In this document: positions 1 to 9,170 of the stretch, piece after piece | How positions within the stretch are numbered: the stretch's first letter is position 1 | Layout: every line of letters begins with the position of its first letter | Origin: an uncultured Chloroflexia bacterium | GTDB lineage: Bacteria; Chloroflexota; Limnocylindria; Limnocylindrales; CSP1-4 | NCBI GenBank assembly: GCA_963755995.1 | Contig: CAVWLQ010000002.1 | Location: forward strand, 53,028 to 117,027 | DNA: 64,000 nt | Direction of reading: 5' to 3' | Notes under the pieces: model-generated | Seen by the model: only the letters and a program-made list of their open reading frames with translations | Databases searched by the model: none | What the model was told of the DNA's origin: nothing | Translations under genes and position numbers: made by a program

Positions 1-68
1 ATCCGGGTCGCGGCCGGCGCCGCGGCGCGTGGCACACCGGCCCGCGACGTCCCGTTCCGCGCCGCCAT
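1..68 (-). CDS. 5' fragment of a gene running off the left edge, possibly the second aldehyde-dehydrogenase-like protein of a pair
   Basis: ATG at 68-66 overlaps the ALDH stop (TGATG coupling) and the frame stays open to the window edge (MAARNGTSRAGVPRAAAPAATR). Identity is guessed from context only. Confidence 0.35.
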   Translation of the reverse strand, partial: MAARNGTSRAGVPRAAAPAATR

Positions 69-1591
69 CAGCGGTCCTCCAGCCGGACGTAAGCGTGGAG
101 ACCGTGCATGCCGCCCTCGCGTCCAAAGCCCGATTCCTTGTAGCCGCCGAACGGCGAGGTCGGGTCGAACCGGTTGAACGTGTTGGCCCAGACCACGCCC
201 GCGCGCATCTTCTGGACCATCTCGAGGATCCGCGAGCCCTTGTCGGTCCAGATCCCGGCCGACAGCCCGTAGACGGTGTTGTTGGCCTTCTCGACCGCCT
301 CGTCCGGGGTCCGGAACGTCAGCACGGACAGGACCGGCCCGAAGATCTCCTCGCGCGCGATCCGATGGCTCTGGGCGACGTTGGTGAAGAGCGTCGGCCG
401 GAAGAAGTAGCCCCGGTCGGGCAGGTCGCAGGCGGGCTGGTACATCTCGGCGCCCTCGGCGACGCCGGACGCCACGAGCTCGGTGATCTTCTCCAGCTGG
501 CTCCGCGAGTTGATCGCCCCGACGTCGGTGTTCTTGTCGAGCGGGTCGCCGACCCGGATGGTCGACAGCCGGTCCTTGAGCTTCTCGACCAGGGGCTCGA
601 CGATCGATTCCTGGGCCAGGAGTCGCGACCCGGCGCAGCACACCTCGCCCTGGTTGAAGTAGATGCCGTTGACGATGCCCTCGACGGCCTGATCGAGCGG
701 CGCGTCGTCGAAGACGATGTTGGCGGCCTTGCCGCCGAGCTCGAGGGTCAACGCCTTGTCGGTCCCGGCCACGCCCCTGGCGATCCGCTTGCCGATCTCC
801 GTCGAGCCGGTGAAGGCCACCTTGTCGACACCTGTGTGGGTCACCAGCGCCATCCCGGTCTCGCCCGGGCCGGTGACGATGTTGACGACACCGGGCGGCA
901 GGTCGGCCTGGCGGCACACGTCGGCGAAGAGGAGCGCGGACAGGGGCGTCGTCGAGGCCGGCTTGAGCACGACCGTGTTGCCCGCGGCCAGGGCCGGCGC
1001 GATCTTCCAGGCGAGCATCAGCAGCGGGAAGTTCCACGGGATGATCTGCGCCGCCACGCCGAGCGGCCGGGCGACCCGGCCCGGGAAGGCGTACTCGAGC
1101 TTGTCCGCCCAGCCCGCGTAGTACCAGAAGTGGGCCGCCGCGAGCGGGACGTCGACGTCGCGGCTCTCCTTGATCGGCTTGCCGGAGTCCATCGACTCGA
1201 GGACCGCGAACTCGCGGCTGCGCTCCTGAAGGATCCGCGCGATCCGGAACAGGTACTTGGCGCGCTCGCGGCCCGGGAGCGTGCCCCACGACCGGGTCTG
1301 CGCGCGGCGCGCGGCGCGAACCGCCTTGTCGGCGTCGGCCGGCGTGCCCTTGGCGACCAGGGCCATCGTCTCTTCCGTGGCAGGGTTGACCGTCGCGAAC
1401 GTGCCGCCGCCCTCGGCTGCCACGTCGCGGCCACCGATGAACAGCCCGTACCGCTCCTTGATCGTGACGATGTCGCGCGCCTCGGGTGCGGGCGCGTACT
1501 CCCACGGGATCGCCTGGCCGTCACCGAGGCCCCAGCTCGACGGCGAGCCGACGTTCGACGGGACGAGGCTGGTGGGCGTGTCGGTGGCCAT
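68..1591 (-). CDS. Aldehyde dehydrogenase family protein
   Basis: Motifs IIPWNFP, FTGST, LELGGK, FNQGEVC (catalytic Cys), EEIFGPV, PFGGYKESG. Start set at MATDT, 7 nt after a CATAAT -10-like box; the longer ORF-track start is antisense to the kelch gene. Confidence 0.95.
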   Translation of the reverse strand: MATDTPTSLVPSNVGSPSSWGLGDGQAIPWEYAPAPEARDIVTIKERYGLFIGGRDVAAEGGGTFATVNPATEETMALVAKGTPADADKAVRAARRAQTRSWGTLPGRERAKYLFRIARILQERSREFAVLESMDSGKPIKESRDVDVPLAAAHFWYYAGWADKLEYAFPGRVARPLGVAAQIIPWNFPLLMLAWKIAPALAAGNTVVLKPASTTPLSALLFADVCRQADLPPGVVNIVTGPGETGMALVTHTGVDKVAFTGSTEIGKRIARGVAGTDKALTLELGGKAANIVFDDAPLDQAVEGIVNGIYFNQGEVCCAGSRLLAQESIVEPLVEKLKDRLSTIRVGDPLDKNTDVGAINSRSQLEKITELVASGVAEGAEMYQPACDLPDRGYFFRPTLFTNVAQSHRIAREEIFGPVLSVLTFRTPDEAVEKANNTVYGLSAGIWTDKGSRILEMVQKMRAGVVWANTFNRFDPTSPFGGYKESGFGREGGMHGLHAYVRLEDR

Positions 1592-1714
1592 GCTCGCCAT
1601 TATGTCACTCGGTCCGGACGGTGCTTCCCGGCCGGCCGAGCGGGAGATTCGTACCAGCCTCGCGGTGACCACAGGTCGGGCCGACACCGCCCGAACTTGC
1701 CATATCCTCCCAAC

Positions 1715-2680
1715 ATGCGTATCCGCGTCCTCGTCTCCGGCCTGCTGCTGGCCGGCGTCCTCGCCGGCTGTGGCGTGCTCGGCAAGGCCGCGCCCTCGAC
1801 CGTGGCGACCGGTCCGTGGTCGACCGTGGCCGCCGCGCCGATCGAGCTGACCGAGGTCGCGGTCGCCGTCCACAACGGCCGGATCTGGGTGGCCGGCGGC
1901 CTGCGGCCGGACGGGACCGCGAGCGTGGCCGTCCTCGTGTTCGATCCGGTGACCGGGAAGTGGTCGGCCGGCCCGACGCTTCCCGCCGCTGTCCACCATG
2001 CGGCGCTCGTGTCCACGCCAGCCGGGCTGGCGCTCGTCGGCGGCTACGTCGGTGACACGATGACGCTCCCGACCAACGCGGTCCGACGTCTCGACGATGG
2101 CACGAAAGCCTGGGTCGACGGGGTGCCGCTGCCCGAGGCGCGCGCGGCGGGCGGCGCCGCGTTCGACGGCAAGCGGATCGTCTATGCGGGCGGCGTCAAG
2201 CCGGACGGCGTCGCGAGCGAGGTCTTCGCGTTCGCGCCCGGCGATGAAGCCTGGTCGCCCGCCGGGCGCCTGCCGACGGCCCGGGAGCACCTGGCCGTCA
2301 CGACCGACGGCGCTGGGAGGACCTACGTGCTCGGCGGCCGGGTCGGCGGCCTCGACAAGAACCTGGGCATCGTCGACGTCATCGAGGGCACGAGCGACGT
2401 CCACACGGTCGGCGAGCTGCCGACGCCACGCGGTGGGGTCGGTGCCTTCTGGTGGCCGGCGCTGGGCGCATGCCTGGCCGGCGGCGAGTCACCCGGCGGC
2501 ACGAACCCCCAGGTCGAGTGCATCGCCTCTGATGGGACGCTCAGCAAGCTGCCGGATCTCGGCGTGGCGCGTCACGGCGTCGGGGCCGGGGTGATCGACG
2601 GCACGGCCTACGTCGTGCTCGGCGGACGCCAGCCGGGCCTGTTCGCGAGCGACGTCACCGAGAAGATCGCGCTGCCCTGA
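1715..2680 (+). CDS. Kelch-repeat (beta-propeller) lipoprotein
   Basis: Signal peptide with lipobox LAGC; about six repeats with GG...W motifs (IWVAGG, LALVGG, VYAGG, YVLGG). TATCCT lies 6 nt upstream of the ATG. Confidence 0.85.
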   Translation: MRIRVLVSGLLLAGVLAGCGVLGKAAPSTVATGPWSTVAAAPIELTEVAVAVHNGRIWVAGGLRPDGTASVAVLVFDPVTGKWSAGPTLPAAVHHAALVSTPAGLALVGGYVGDTMTLPTNAVRRLDDGTKAWVDGVPLPEARAAGGAAFDGKRIVYAGGVKPDGVASEVFAFAPGDEAWSPAGRLPTAREHLAVTTDGAGRTYVLGGRVGGLDKNLGIVDVIEGTSDVHTVGELPTPRGGVGAFWWPALGACLAGGESPGGTNPQVECIASDGTLSKLPDLGVARHGVGAGVIDGTAYVVLGGRQPGLFASDVTEKIALP

Positions 2681-2684
2681 CCCC

Positions 2685-3659
2685 TCAGCAGCGGTACCGC
2701 GCGATCGGGTAGGACGGCTCGCAGTAGCGGATGTGGAGGTGGTCGTCGTGACCGCTGTACCACGTCGTCAGGTGCTCGCGGATGAGGACCGGGTCGTTGA
2801 AGTAGATGAGCTTGACGTGGCCGGGCGCGGCCGCCCGGATCATCTTGATCAGGGTCCGGGTGGCGGCCCGGTCGTACGACGCAAGCCGCCAGTTCGTGCC
2901 CCACGTGCACTGGTTCTCGGCGTCCCGGATCGGGCGGATGTCGACGTCGAGACCGACCTCGTGGGTCGCGTGGAGCGGGATGTTTCCGCCGTGCTCGTAG
3001 CTGGCGTCACCCACGGAGACGCGGCCCTGGTGGGTGGCCGCGAAGGCCTTCGATGCCGCCTCGAGCTGGCCGATCGCGCCGCCGGTCGCCCAGTTCGCCT
3101 TGCCGTTGCCGACGCTGTAGTCGCACAGATTGGTTGATGCGCTGAACGACGGATAGTCGTAGTGCCAGATCAGCTTCCGCCACGTCACCGCGCCGACGTT
3201 CCCGTGCGGCGTCATGCGGACGTGCCTCTGGAACGCGATGACCGCGTTGCGGGTCGCGGTCCCGAAGACGCCGTCCACCGTCAGACCGGCCTTGCGCTTC
3301 TCGTTGAGCTCGCGCTGGACGACCTTCACCGCTTCACCGGTCGTGCCCGGATGGAGCCCGACGATGAGCTTCGCCCAGGTCGTGTCGCGGACGATGCCCG
3401 TGGCACTCAGGCCTCTCGCTGTCTGGAACGCCTTGACGGCGTCGCGGGTCGTGGCACCGAAGACGCCGTCCACCGCGATCGTGCTGCCGTGTGCCCGGAG
3501 CAGGCCCTGGATGGCCCGGACGTCGGCGCCACGGTTGCCCAGGCTCTGGTTCGGGAACGCGGCTGAGGACGGACCTGCGGCGGAGGTCCCGGGAGCCGTG
3601 GCGGCCAGGGCGAGCAGGGCGAAGGCGATCGGCAGGAGGCGGCGGGCGGCAGACGTCAT
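2685..3659 (-). CDS. Secreted protein with two PG_binding_1 domains and a MepA-like (penicillin-insensitive) murein endopeptidase domain
   Basis: Signal peptide; two DGVFG.TR.AV.AFQ repeats; H(ATH)EVGLDVD and HDDHLH zinc ligands typical of LAS metallopeptidases. Confidence 0.85.
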   Translation of the reverse strand: MTSAARRLLPIAFALLALAATAPGTSAAGPSSAAFPNQSLGNRGADVRAIQGLLRAHGSTIAVDGVFGATTRDAVKAFQTARGLSATGIVRDTTWAKLIVGLHPGTTGEAVKVVQRELNEKRKAGLTVDGVFGTATRNAVIAFQRHVRMTPHGNVGAVTWRKLIWHYDYPSFSASTNLCDYSVGNGKANWATGGAIGQLEAASKAFAATHQGRVSVGDASYEHGGNIPLHATHEVGLDVDIRPIRDAENQCTWGTNWRLASYDRAATRTLIKMIRAAAPGHVKLIYFNDPVLIREHLTTWYSGHDDHLHIRYCEPSYPIARYRC

Positions 3660-3669
3660 GACCGACAGC

Positions 3670-4605
3670 CTAGCGAACGGCGGGCCGGCGCGGGGGCCAG
3701 CCGAGCTCGCCGCGTCGGGGCGGATCGGCCCCGGCGCGGCTGCAGGTGATGGCGGCCACCTCGACGGCGAGCCGGACCGCAGAGTCGACAAGGCCAGGAT
3801 CAGCGAGCGCCGCACGACCGAGCCCGAGCTCCACCCAGTGGGCGAGGAACGCGCCACCGAAGGCATCCCCGGCACCGACCGTGTCGACGACGGCGACCGC
3901 CGGCGCGGGGATCTCGAGGACCCGGTCCGGCATGACCGCGATGGCCGGGCGCCGGCCGTCGGTCACGAGCACGAGCGCCGGTCCGCGGTCGAGAAGGCCG
4001 CGCGCGGCGGCGACCGGCGCCACGGCCGGGGCGAGGTAGGCAAGGTCGTCGACGCTTGCCTTGACGACGTCGCTCCGCCTGACGATCGCGCCGAGACGGT
4101 CGAGGTAGGCCGCCCGGTCGGTGATGACGCCCGGCCGGCAGTTCGGATCGAGCATCACGACCGTCCCGCTCGAGACGGACGGCATGGCGCCGACGATCGC
4201 GGCGGCCATCGGCTCCAGCACGAGACCCAACGTGCCGACATGGAGCGCCGCCGGCCGCGACGCGAGTGCGTCACGCACCATACCCAGCGACAGGCGTGGC
4301 GCGGACGTGCCCGCCGTGTGGAACCGGTACACCGCCCCGCCGTTCGCATCGAGGTCTGCGACGGCCAGCGTCGTCGGCGCGTCGGTCGTCTCCATCATCG
4401 ACAGGTCGACGCCGTCGCGTGCCAGGGCGTCTCGCAGACGCGCGCCGAACCGGTCGGTCGACAGGCAGCCGAGGAAGGCGACCTGTTCACCGAGCCGGCC
4501 GATGGTCCGCGCGGTGTTGAACGGGCCGCCGCCGGGCGTGGCGGACACCGTCCCGTCCGACCGGACCAGGAGATCGATCAGGGCCTCGCCAGCGACGACG
4601 ATCAT
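3670..4605 (-). CDS. PfkB-family carbohydrate kinase (fructokinase-like)
   Basis: GEALIDL, PGGGPFNTA, LDPNCRP and DTVGAGDAF signatures. Confidence 0.92.
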   Translation of the reverse strand: MIVVAGEALIDLLVRSDGTVSATPGGGPFNTARTIGRLGEQVAFLGCLSTDRFGARLRDALARDGVDLSMMETTDAPTTLAVADLDANGGAVYRFHTAGTSAPRLSLGMVRDALASRPAALHVGTLGLVLEPMAAAIVGAMPSVSSGTVVMLDPNCRPGVITDRAAYLDRLGAIVRRSDVVKASVDDLAYLAPAVAPVAAARGLLDRGPALVLVTDGRRPAIAVMPDRVLEIPAPAVAVVDTVGAGDAFGGAFLAHWVELGLGRAALADPGLVDSAVRLAVEVAAITCSRAGADPPRRGELGWPPRRPAVR

Positions 4606-4641
4606 GGTCCGGATGGTACGGGGCGTCGTACCCTGCCAACG

Positions 4642-5397
4642 ATGGACCGCCGCACCGATGCCGTCGAGCTGCTCGACGGCCCGCTGGACGACCCGGCTGC
4701 GCTGGTCGGCAACCTGCGCGACCTGCGGCGGGTGAACCGCTGGCTCGACGGCGTGACGCTGAGCGCCGGCGCGATCGACGCCCTGGCCGCCCATCGCCAC
4801 GAGGTGACCCTGATCGACGTCGGGACCGGCGGAGCGGACATCCCGCTGGCACTCCTCGCCCGGGCGACGGCGCTGGGGCGCGGCCTGTCGATCGTCGCCA
4901 TCGACAGCCGGCCGGAGGTCCTCGCCGCGGCCGTCCTCGCCACACCGGCCCTGGCGGTCACGGACGGGATCGAGCTGCACGTCGGCGACGGGAGGTCACT
5001 CCCCTTCCCCGATCGGTCGTTCGACGTGGCCCACACCTCGATGGTCGTCCATCACTGCACCCCGGCCGAGGCGGTCACGTTGATGCGCGAGATGGGCCGG
5101 GTCGCCCGGCTCGGCGTGGTGGTCAACGATCTCGATCGCCGGTGGTTCGGCTGGATCGGCGCCTGGCTTCTCTCGCACCTCCTGACCCGCAACCGGTATA
5201 CGCGGCAGGACGCGCCGCTCTCCGTCCGGCGGTCGTATACGGCCAACGAGATGGCCGACATGCTCCGCGAGGCGGGCCTGACGCCGGTCCGCCGTCTGCG
5301 CGGGGCGTTCGGCCAGCGCTACGCGATCGCGGCGCTGCCGTCCGCCGAGAGCGCGGGTGACGGCGGAGCGCCCGACCCGATCGGGGCGGAGGGATGA
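4642..5397 (+). CDS. Class I SAM-dependent methyltransferase (type often found beside PKS genes)
   Basis: DVGTGGAD SAM-binding motif, LPFPDRSFDV, N-terminal ELLD...LRRVNRWL, C-terminal DAPLSVRRSYT. Confidence 0.88.
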   Translation: MDRRTDAVELLDGPLDDPAALVGNLRDLRRVNRWLDGVTLSAGAIDALAAHRHEVTLIDVGTGGADIPLALLARATALGRGLSIVAIDSRPEVLAAAVLATPALAVTDGIELHVGDGRSLPFPDRSFDVAHTSMVVHHCTPAEAVTLMREMGRVARLGVVVNDLDRRWFGWIGAWLLSHLLTRNRYTRQDAPLSVRRSYTANEMADMLREAGLTPVRRLRGAFGQRYAIAALPSAESAGDGGAPDPIGAEG

Positions 5398-6620
5398 CCG
5401 CGGCCGTCGATCGGGTCGAGATCGCGATCGTCGGCGGCGGGCCGGCGGGCGCCGTTCTGGCGGCCCGGCTGGCGAGCGCCGGTCTGGAGGTCGTCGTCTT
5501 CGAGCGCTCGCCGGCCTGGCACTGGCGCGCGGGCGGCGTCTTCGCCTCGCCCGCAGCCGTCGCGGCGCTCGGGCGAGGTGGGCTCGATCCGGTGATCCTG
5601 GCCGAGGTGGCCCGACCGATCCCGGCGATGCGCGTGGAGCCGCCGGGCGGCACCGCGTTCCGCCTGACCTACGGCACCGAGACCGGCGGACCGCCCGCCG
5701 TCGGGTTCGACCGTTCGCGGCTGGATCCGCTCCTGCTCGCGCGAGCGGCCGCTGCCGGTGCAGAGGTCCGGGCCGGCTGGACGGTCACCGCGACCGAGCC
5801 GGCTGCCGGTCGCCTCGAGGTCCGCGATCCGGGCGGACGGTCGGTCGGCGTCCGCGCGTCGGTCGTGGTCGGCGCGGACGGGCCCCACTCGGTCGTGGCC
5901 CGCGGCGCCGGGGTCGCCCGCCCGGTCCGGCTCGACCCGCGGATCGGCCTGACCTATCACCTCGCCGACGACGACCCGACGGCGTGCCGCGACGCCCGGA
6001 TGCGGATCCTGCGCGATGGCTACGTCGGGATCGCGCCCGTGCCGGGCGGGCGGGTCAACGTCGGGATCGTGCTCGGCCGGTCGTGGCGCCCTGCTCTGGC
6101 CCGGGACGGGGCGCGCGCGGTCGTGGATTCGATCGTCGCGGCGATCCCGCCAACGGCCGACGACGCCGCCACGTGGCGCGCAGGACCGCCGCTCGACGCC
6201 GTCGCCGGCGCGTCGCCCCTGGGCCACCGGGTCACCCGACGCGCGGGTCACGGCTGGCTCCTCGTCGGCGACGCGGCGGGCTTCCTGGACCCGTTCACGG
6301 GCGAGGGTCTTCACCGGGCGCTTGTCTCCGCGGAGCTGGCGGCCGGCGCGATCCTGGCGCGTGGGCGCGGCGGTCACGCAGCCGACACGGCGCCCTTCGC
6401 GGCCTACGAGCGGGCGATGCAGCGCCGCTTCCTGGCCAAGGACGGCGTGTCGTGGCTCGTCCAGGCCTTTCTCGGGCGCCCGGCGCTGTTCGATTACGCC
6501 GCCAGGCGGGTCGCCGCGCGGCCGGCCGTCCGTGCGACCATGGGTCTCGTGATGGGCGACCTCGTTCCGGCCGGCCGCGCGCTCGACCCGCGCTTCCTTG
6601 CCGCGCTCCTCGCGCCATGA
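5394..6620 (+). CDS. FAD-dependent oxidoreductase (geranylgeranyl-reductase/aromatic monooxygenase-like)
   Basis: IVGGGPAG, VGADG and LVGDAAGFLDPFTGEG motifs; ATGA overlap with the upstream gene. Confidence 0.9.
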   Translation: MTAAVDRVEIAIVGGGPAGAVLAARLASAGLEVVVFERSPAWHWRAGGVFASPAAVAALGRGGLDPVILAEVARPIPAMRVEPPGGTAFRLTYGTETGGPPAVGFDRSRLDPLLLARAAAAGAEVRAGWTVTATEPAAGRLEVRDPGGRSVGVRASVVVGADGPHSVVARGAGVARPVRLDPRIGLTYHLADDDPTACRDARMRILRDGYVGIAPVPGGRVNVGIVLGRSWRPALARDGARAVVDSIVAAIPPTADDAATWRAGPPLDAVAGASPLGHRVTRRAGHGWLLVGDAAGFLDPFTGEGLHRALVSAELAAGAILARGRGGHAADTAPFAAYERAMQRRFLAKDGVSWLVQAFLGRPALFDYAARRVAARPAVRATMGLVMGDLVPAGRALDPRFLAALLAP

Positions 6621-7111
6621 CCGGCGACGGACGGACGCGTGTCGGGGCCTATGCGATCTGCCTCGACGAGTCCGGCCGGATCCTGCTGTGCCGGATCGCG
6701 CCCGCGGTCAAGCCGGGCGAGTTCTGGACACTGCCCGGGGGCGGGCTCGAGTTCGGGGAACGCCCGGCCATGGCCGTGCTGCGGGAGCTGACCGAGGAGA
6801 GCGGCTACACGGGCGAGATCATCGAGCTGGCCGACGTATCGGATCGCCTGTTCCCGGGTCCGATCGACGGCCTCGAGGGGCGGATGCACGCGATCCGGAT
6901 CGTGTACCGCGTCCGGATCGCCGGCGGCACGTTGCGCGACGAGGTGGACGGCTCGACCGACACGTGCGCCTGGTTCACGCCCCAGGCGGCGGCCCGCCTG
7001 CACCTCGCCGAGCTTGCCCGACGTGCGCTCCGGTCGATCGCGGCCGGCCGCGTGCCGGCGACGCCGCGCGCGGCCATCGTGACAACGCCCGCCCCCGACC
7101 CGGCCGGCTGA
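6617..7111 (+). CDS. NUDIX hydrolase
   Basis: Nudix box GGGLEFGE-x6-RELTEESG; ATGA overlap. Confidence 0.88.
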   Translation: MTGDGRTRVGAYAICLDESGRILLCRIAPAVKPGEFWTLPGGGLEFGERPAMAVLRELTEESGYTGEIIELADVSDRLFPGPIDGLEGRMHAIRIVYRVRIAGGTLRDEVDGSTDTCAWFTPQAAARLHLAELARRALRSIAAGRVPATPRAAIVTTPAPDPAG

Positions 7112-7121
7112 GGACCAGCCG

Positions 7122-7625
7122 ATGCACAGCACGATCATGCTCGACATCGCCGCCCCGGCCGACCTCGTCTTCGACCTCGCCCGTGACCCGCGCCGGTGGG
7201 AGCGGCTGCTCCCCCACTACGTGCGCTCGCACGCCGTGGACGTGCGGGCCGACGCGGTCGTGATCGACTTCGTGGCCCGCCGGCCGTTCCCGCTCGTCGG
7301 CGTCCTGGGGCTCGGCCTGCCGGTGGCCTGGCGTGCGCGCACGTGGAGCGAGCCGGCCACGCGACGGCTCCGTTTCGTGCACGTCGCCGGGGCAACCCGG
7401 GGGATGGACGTCACGTGGCGGATCGAGACACGCGGGCCGGCGGCGTGTCACGTGGCGATCGACCACGACTTCCGCCCGCGCATCGCGCTCTTCGCGGCGT
7501 TCGTCGACCGCGCCTTCACGCGGCCGATCGCGGGCCGGACGCTGGGCACGTTCCGCGCCCTCGCGGAGGCGCTGGCCGACGAGCGGCGATCCGATGCCTC
7601 GGCCGAGACGGAGGGACCGGCATGA
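7122..7625 (+). CDS. SRPBCC/START-fold polyketide cyclase/aromatase-like protein
   Basis: IAAPADLVFDLARDPRRWERLLPHY N-terminus and GMDVTWRI motif; GAGG RBS. Confidence 0.8.
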   Translation: MHSTIMLDIAAPADLVFDLARDPRRWERLLPHYVRSHAVDVRADAVVIDFVARRPFPLVGVLGLGLPVAWRARTWSEPATRRLRFVHVAGATRGMDVTWRIETRGPAACHVAIDHDFRPRIALFAAFVDRAFTRPIAGRTLGTFRALAEALADERRSDASAETEGPA

Positions 7626-8887
7626 CCGACCGGCGACGGATCTGGATCACCGGGATCGGCGTCATCACGGCGATCGGCACGGGCAAGGAGGCGTTCCGCG
7701 CCGGGCTCCGGGCCGGGCGGTCGCCGGTCACCCGGATCGACCGCTTCGATCCGTCCGAGTTCCGGTCGCAGGTCGCGGCGCAGGTCGACGACTTCGACCC
7801 GCTGGCCTGGATGCCGCCCAAGATCGCCCGGCAGCTCGACCGATTCAGCCAGTTCGGCCTGGTCGCCGGGCGGCTCGCCCTGGACGACGCGGGGCTGACG
7901 CCCGGCGAGCGCGGCGGGGCACACCCGCAGCGGATCGGGATCTACCTGGGCTCGGCCCTCGGCGGGATCGCCTACGCCGAGTCACAGCACGAGCGCTACC
8001 TCGAGAAAGGCATCCGCCAGGTGGCCCCGAACCTGGCGCTCGCCGTGTTCGGCGGAGCGGCGCCGGCCAATCTCGGCATCGCGCTCGACGTCCGGGGGCC
8101 GATCCTGTCGACGGCGAACTCGTGCGCGTCGGGCGCCGTCGCTCTTGGCGAGGCGCTCGGGGACCTGCGGGAGGGGCGGATCGACGCGGCGATCGCCGGC
8201 GGCGTCGAGATCCCGCTCAGCCCGCTCGCCTTCGGGGCGTTCGACATCATCCGGGCCCTGTCGGCCGGCCACAACGACGCGCCGGGCACGGCGGCGCGAC
8301 CGTTCGACGTGGGCCGGGACGGCTTCGTCATGGGCGAGGGTGCGGCGCTCCTGGTCCTCGAGACGGCCGAGGCGGCCGAGGCCCGGGGTGCGGTCCCCTA
8401 CGCCGAGCTCATGGGCTACGGCGCGACGTCCGATGCCCACCACATGGTCCAGCCGCGGGCCGACGGGACCGAGGCGGCCCGCGCGGCGACCATCGCGCTC
8501 GACGACGCAGGCGTCGACCCGGCCGCGATCGACTACGTCAACGCGCACGCCTCCTCGACCCCGATCGGAGACATCGCCGAGGCCCGGGCGATCGCCCTCG
8601 CCCTGGGCGACCGGGCGGCCGGCGTGCCGGTCAGCGGCACCAAGGCGCTGTACGGGCACCCGCTCGGGGCGTCCGGTGCGATCGAGGCGGCGATCTGCGC
8701 CCTGACCATCCGTGACGGCTGGGCCCCGGCGTCGGTCAACCTCGCGGAGCCGGACCCGGAGATCGCCACGTTGCTGCCCGGCCTGCTGCGCGACGGCCGC
8801 GACGGCACCTACCGGCACGTGCTGTCGACATCGTTCGGCTTCGGGGGCCTCAACGCTTCGCTGGTCTTCGGCGCCGTCGACGGCTGA
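7622..8887 (+). CDS. Beta-ketoacyl-[ACP] synthase II family protein (FabF/type II KS-like)
   Basis: ITGIG start, catalytic SCASG, NAHASST, KALYGHPLGASG, SFGFGG; ATGA overlap. Confidence 0.92.
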   Translation: MTDRRRIWITGIGVITAIGTGKEAFRAGLRAGRSPVTRIDRFDPSEFRSQVAAQVDDFDPLAWMPPKIARQLDRFSQFGLVAGRLALDDAGLTPGERGGAHPQRIGIYLGSALGGIAYAESQHERYLEKGIRQVAPNLALAVFGGAAPANLGIALDVRGPILSTANSCASGAVALGEALGDLREGRIDAAIAGGVEIPLSPLAFGAFDIIRALSAGHNDAPGTAARPFDVGRDGFVMGEGAALLVLETAEAAEARGAVPYAELMGYGATSDAHHMVQPRADGTEAARAATIALDDAGVDPAAIDYVNAHASSTPIGDIAEARAIALALGDRAAGVPVSGTKALYGHPLGASGAIEAAICALTIRDGWAPASVNLAEPDPEIATLLPGLLRDGRDGTYRHVLSTSFGFGGLNASLVFGAVDG

Positions 8888-9132
8888 TGCTTGATCTCGG
8901 CGTCAGGGACGTCTTCTCGGTGGTATGCCAATGGCGGCATCAGGGCGCTAGCGCGCGCTCCGATCGAGCCCCACCGCGGTAACCGAGACGCCCAAGACGC
9001 CCGACGCCCCCGAGACGCCCGACGATATGCCGCCACTGGCATCACCCAGGACGCTGACCCAAGCCAACGCACGATATGCCGCCATTGGCATCACGGCGGA
9101 GGGTGACCAGAGGCGGCCAAGATCAAGCATCA
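8885..9132. repeat. ~250-bp intergenic element with nested inverted repeats (REP/MITE-like)
   Basis: Outer 17-bp IR TGATGCTTGATCT(C/T)GGC (8885-8901 and 9116-9132, 1 mismatch). Inner perfect 16-bp IR ATGCCAATGGCGGCAT (8925-8940 and 9076-9091). 24-bp direct repeat ACGATATGCCGCCAYTGGCATCAC (9022-9045 and 9071-9094). Short GACGCCC tandem units lie between. Confidence 0.75.
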
Positions 9133-9170
9133 CCGCCAGGAGCCGACGGCCCAAGCGCGCGGGCGAGTGA

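Noticed and set aside
8885-9132. Possible mini CRISPR array
   Set aside because: Only two direct copies plus one inverted partial copy, no regular spacers and no cas genes.
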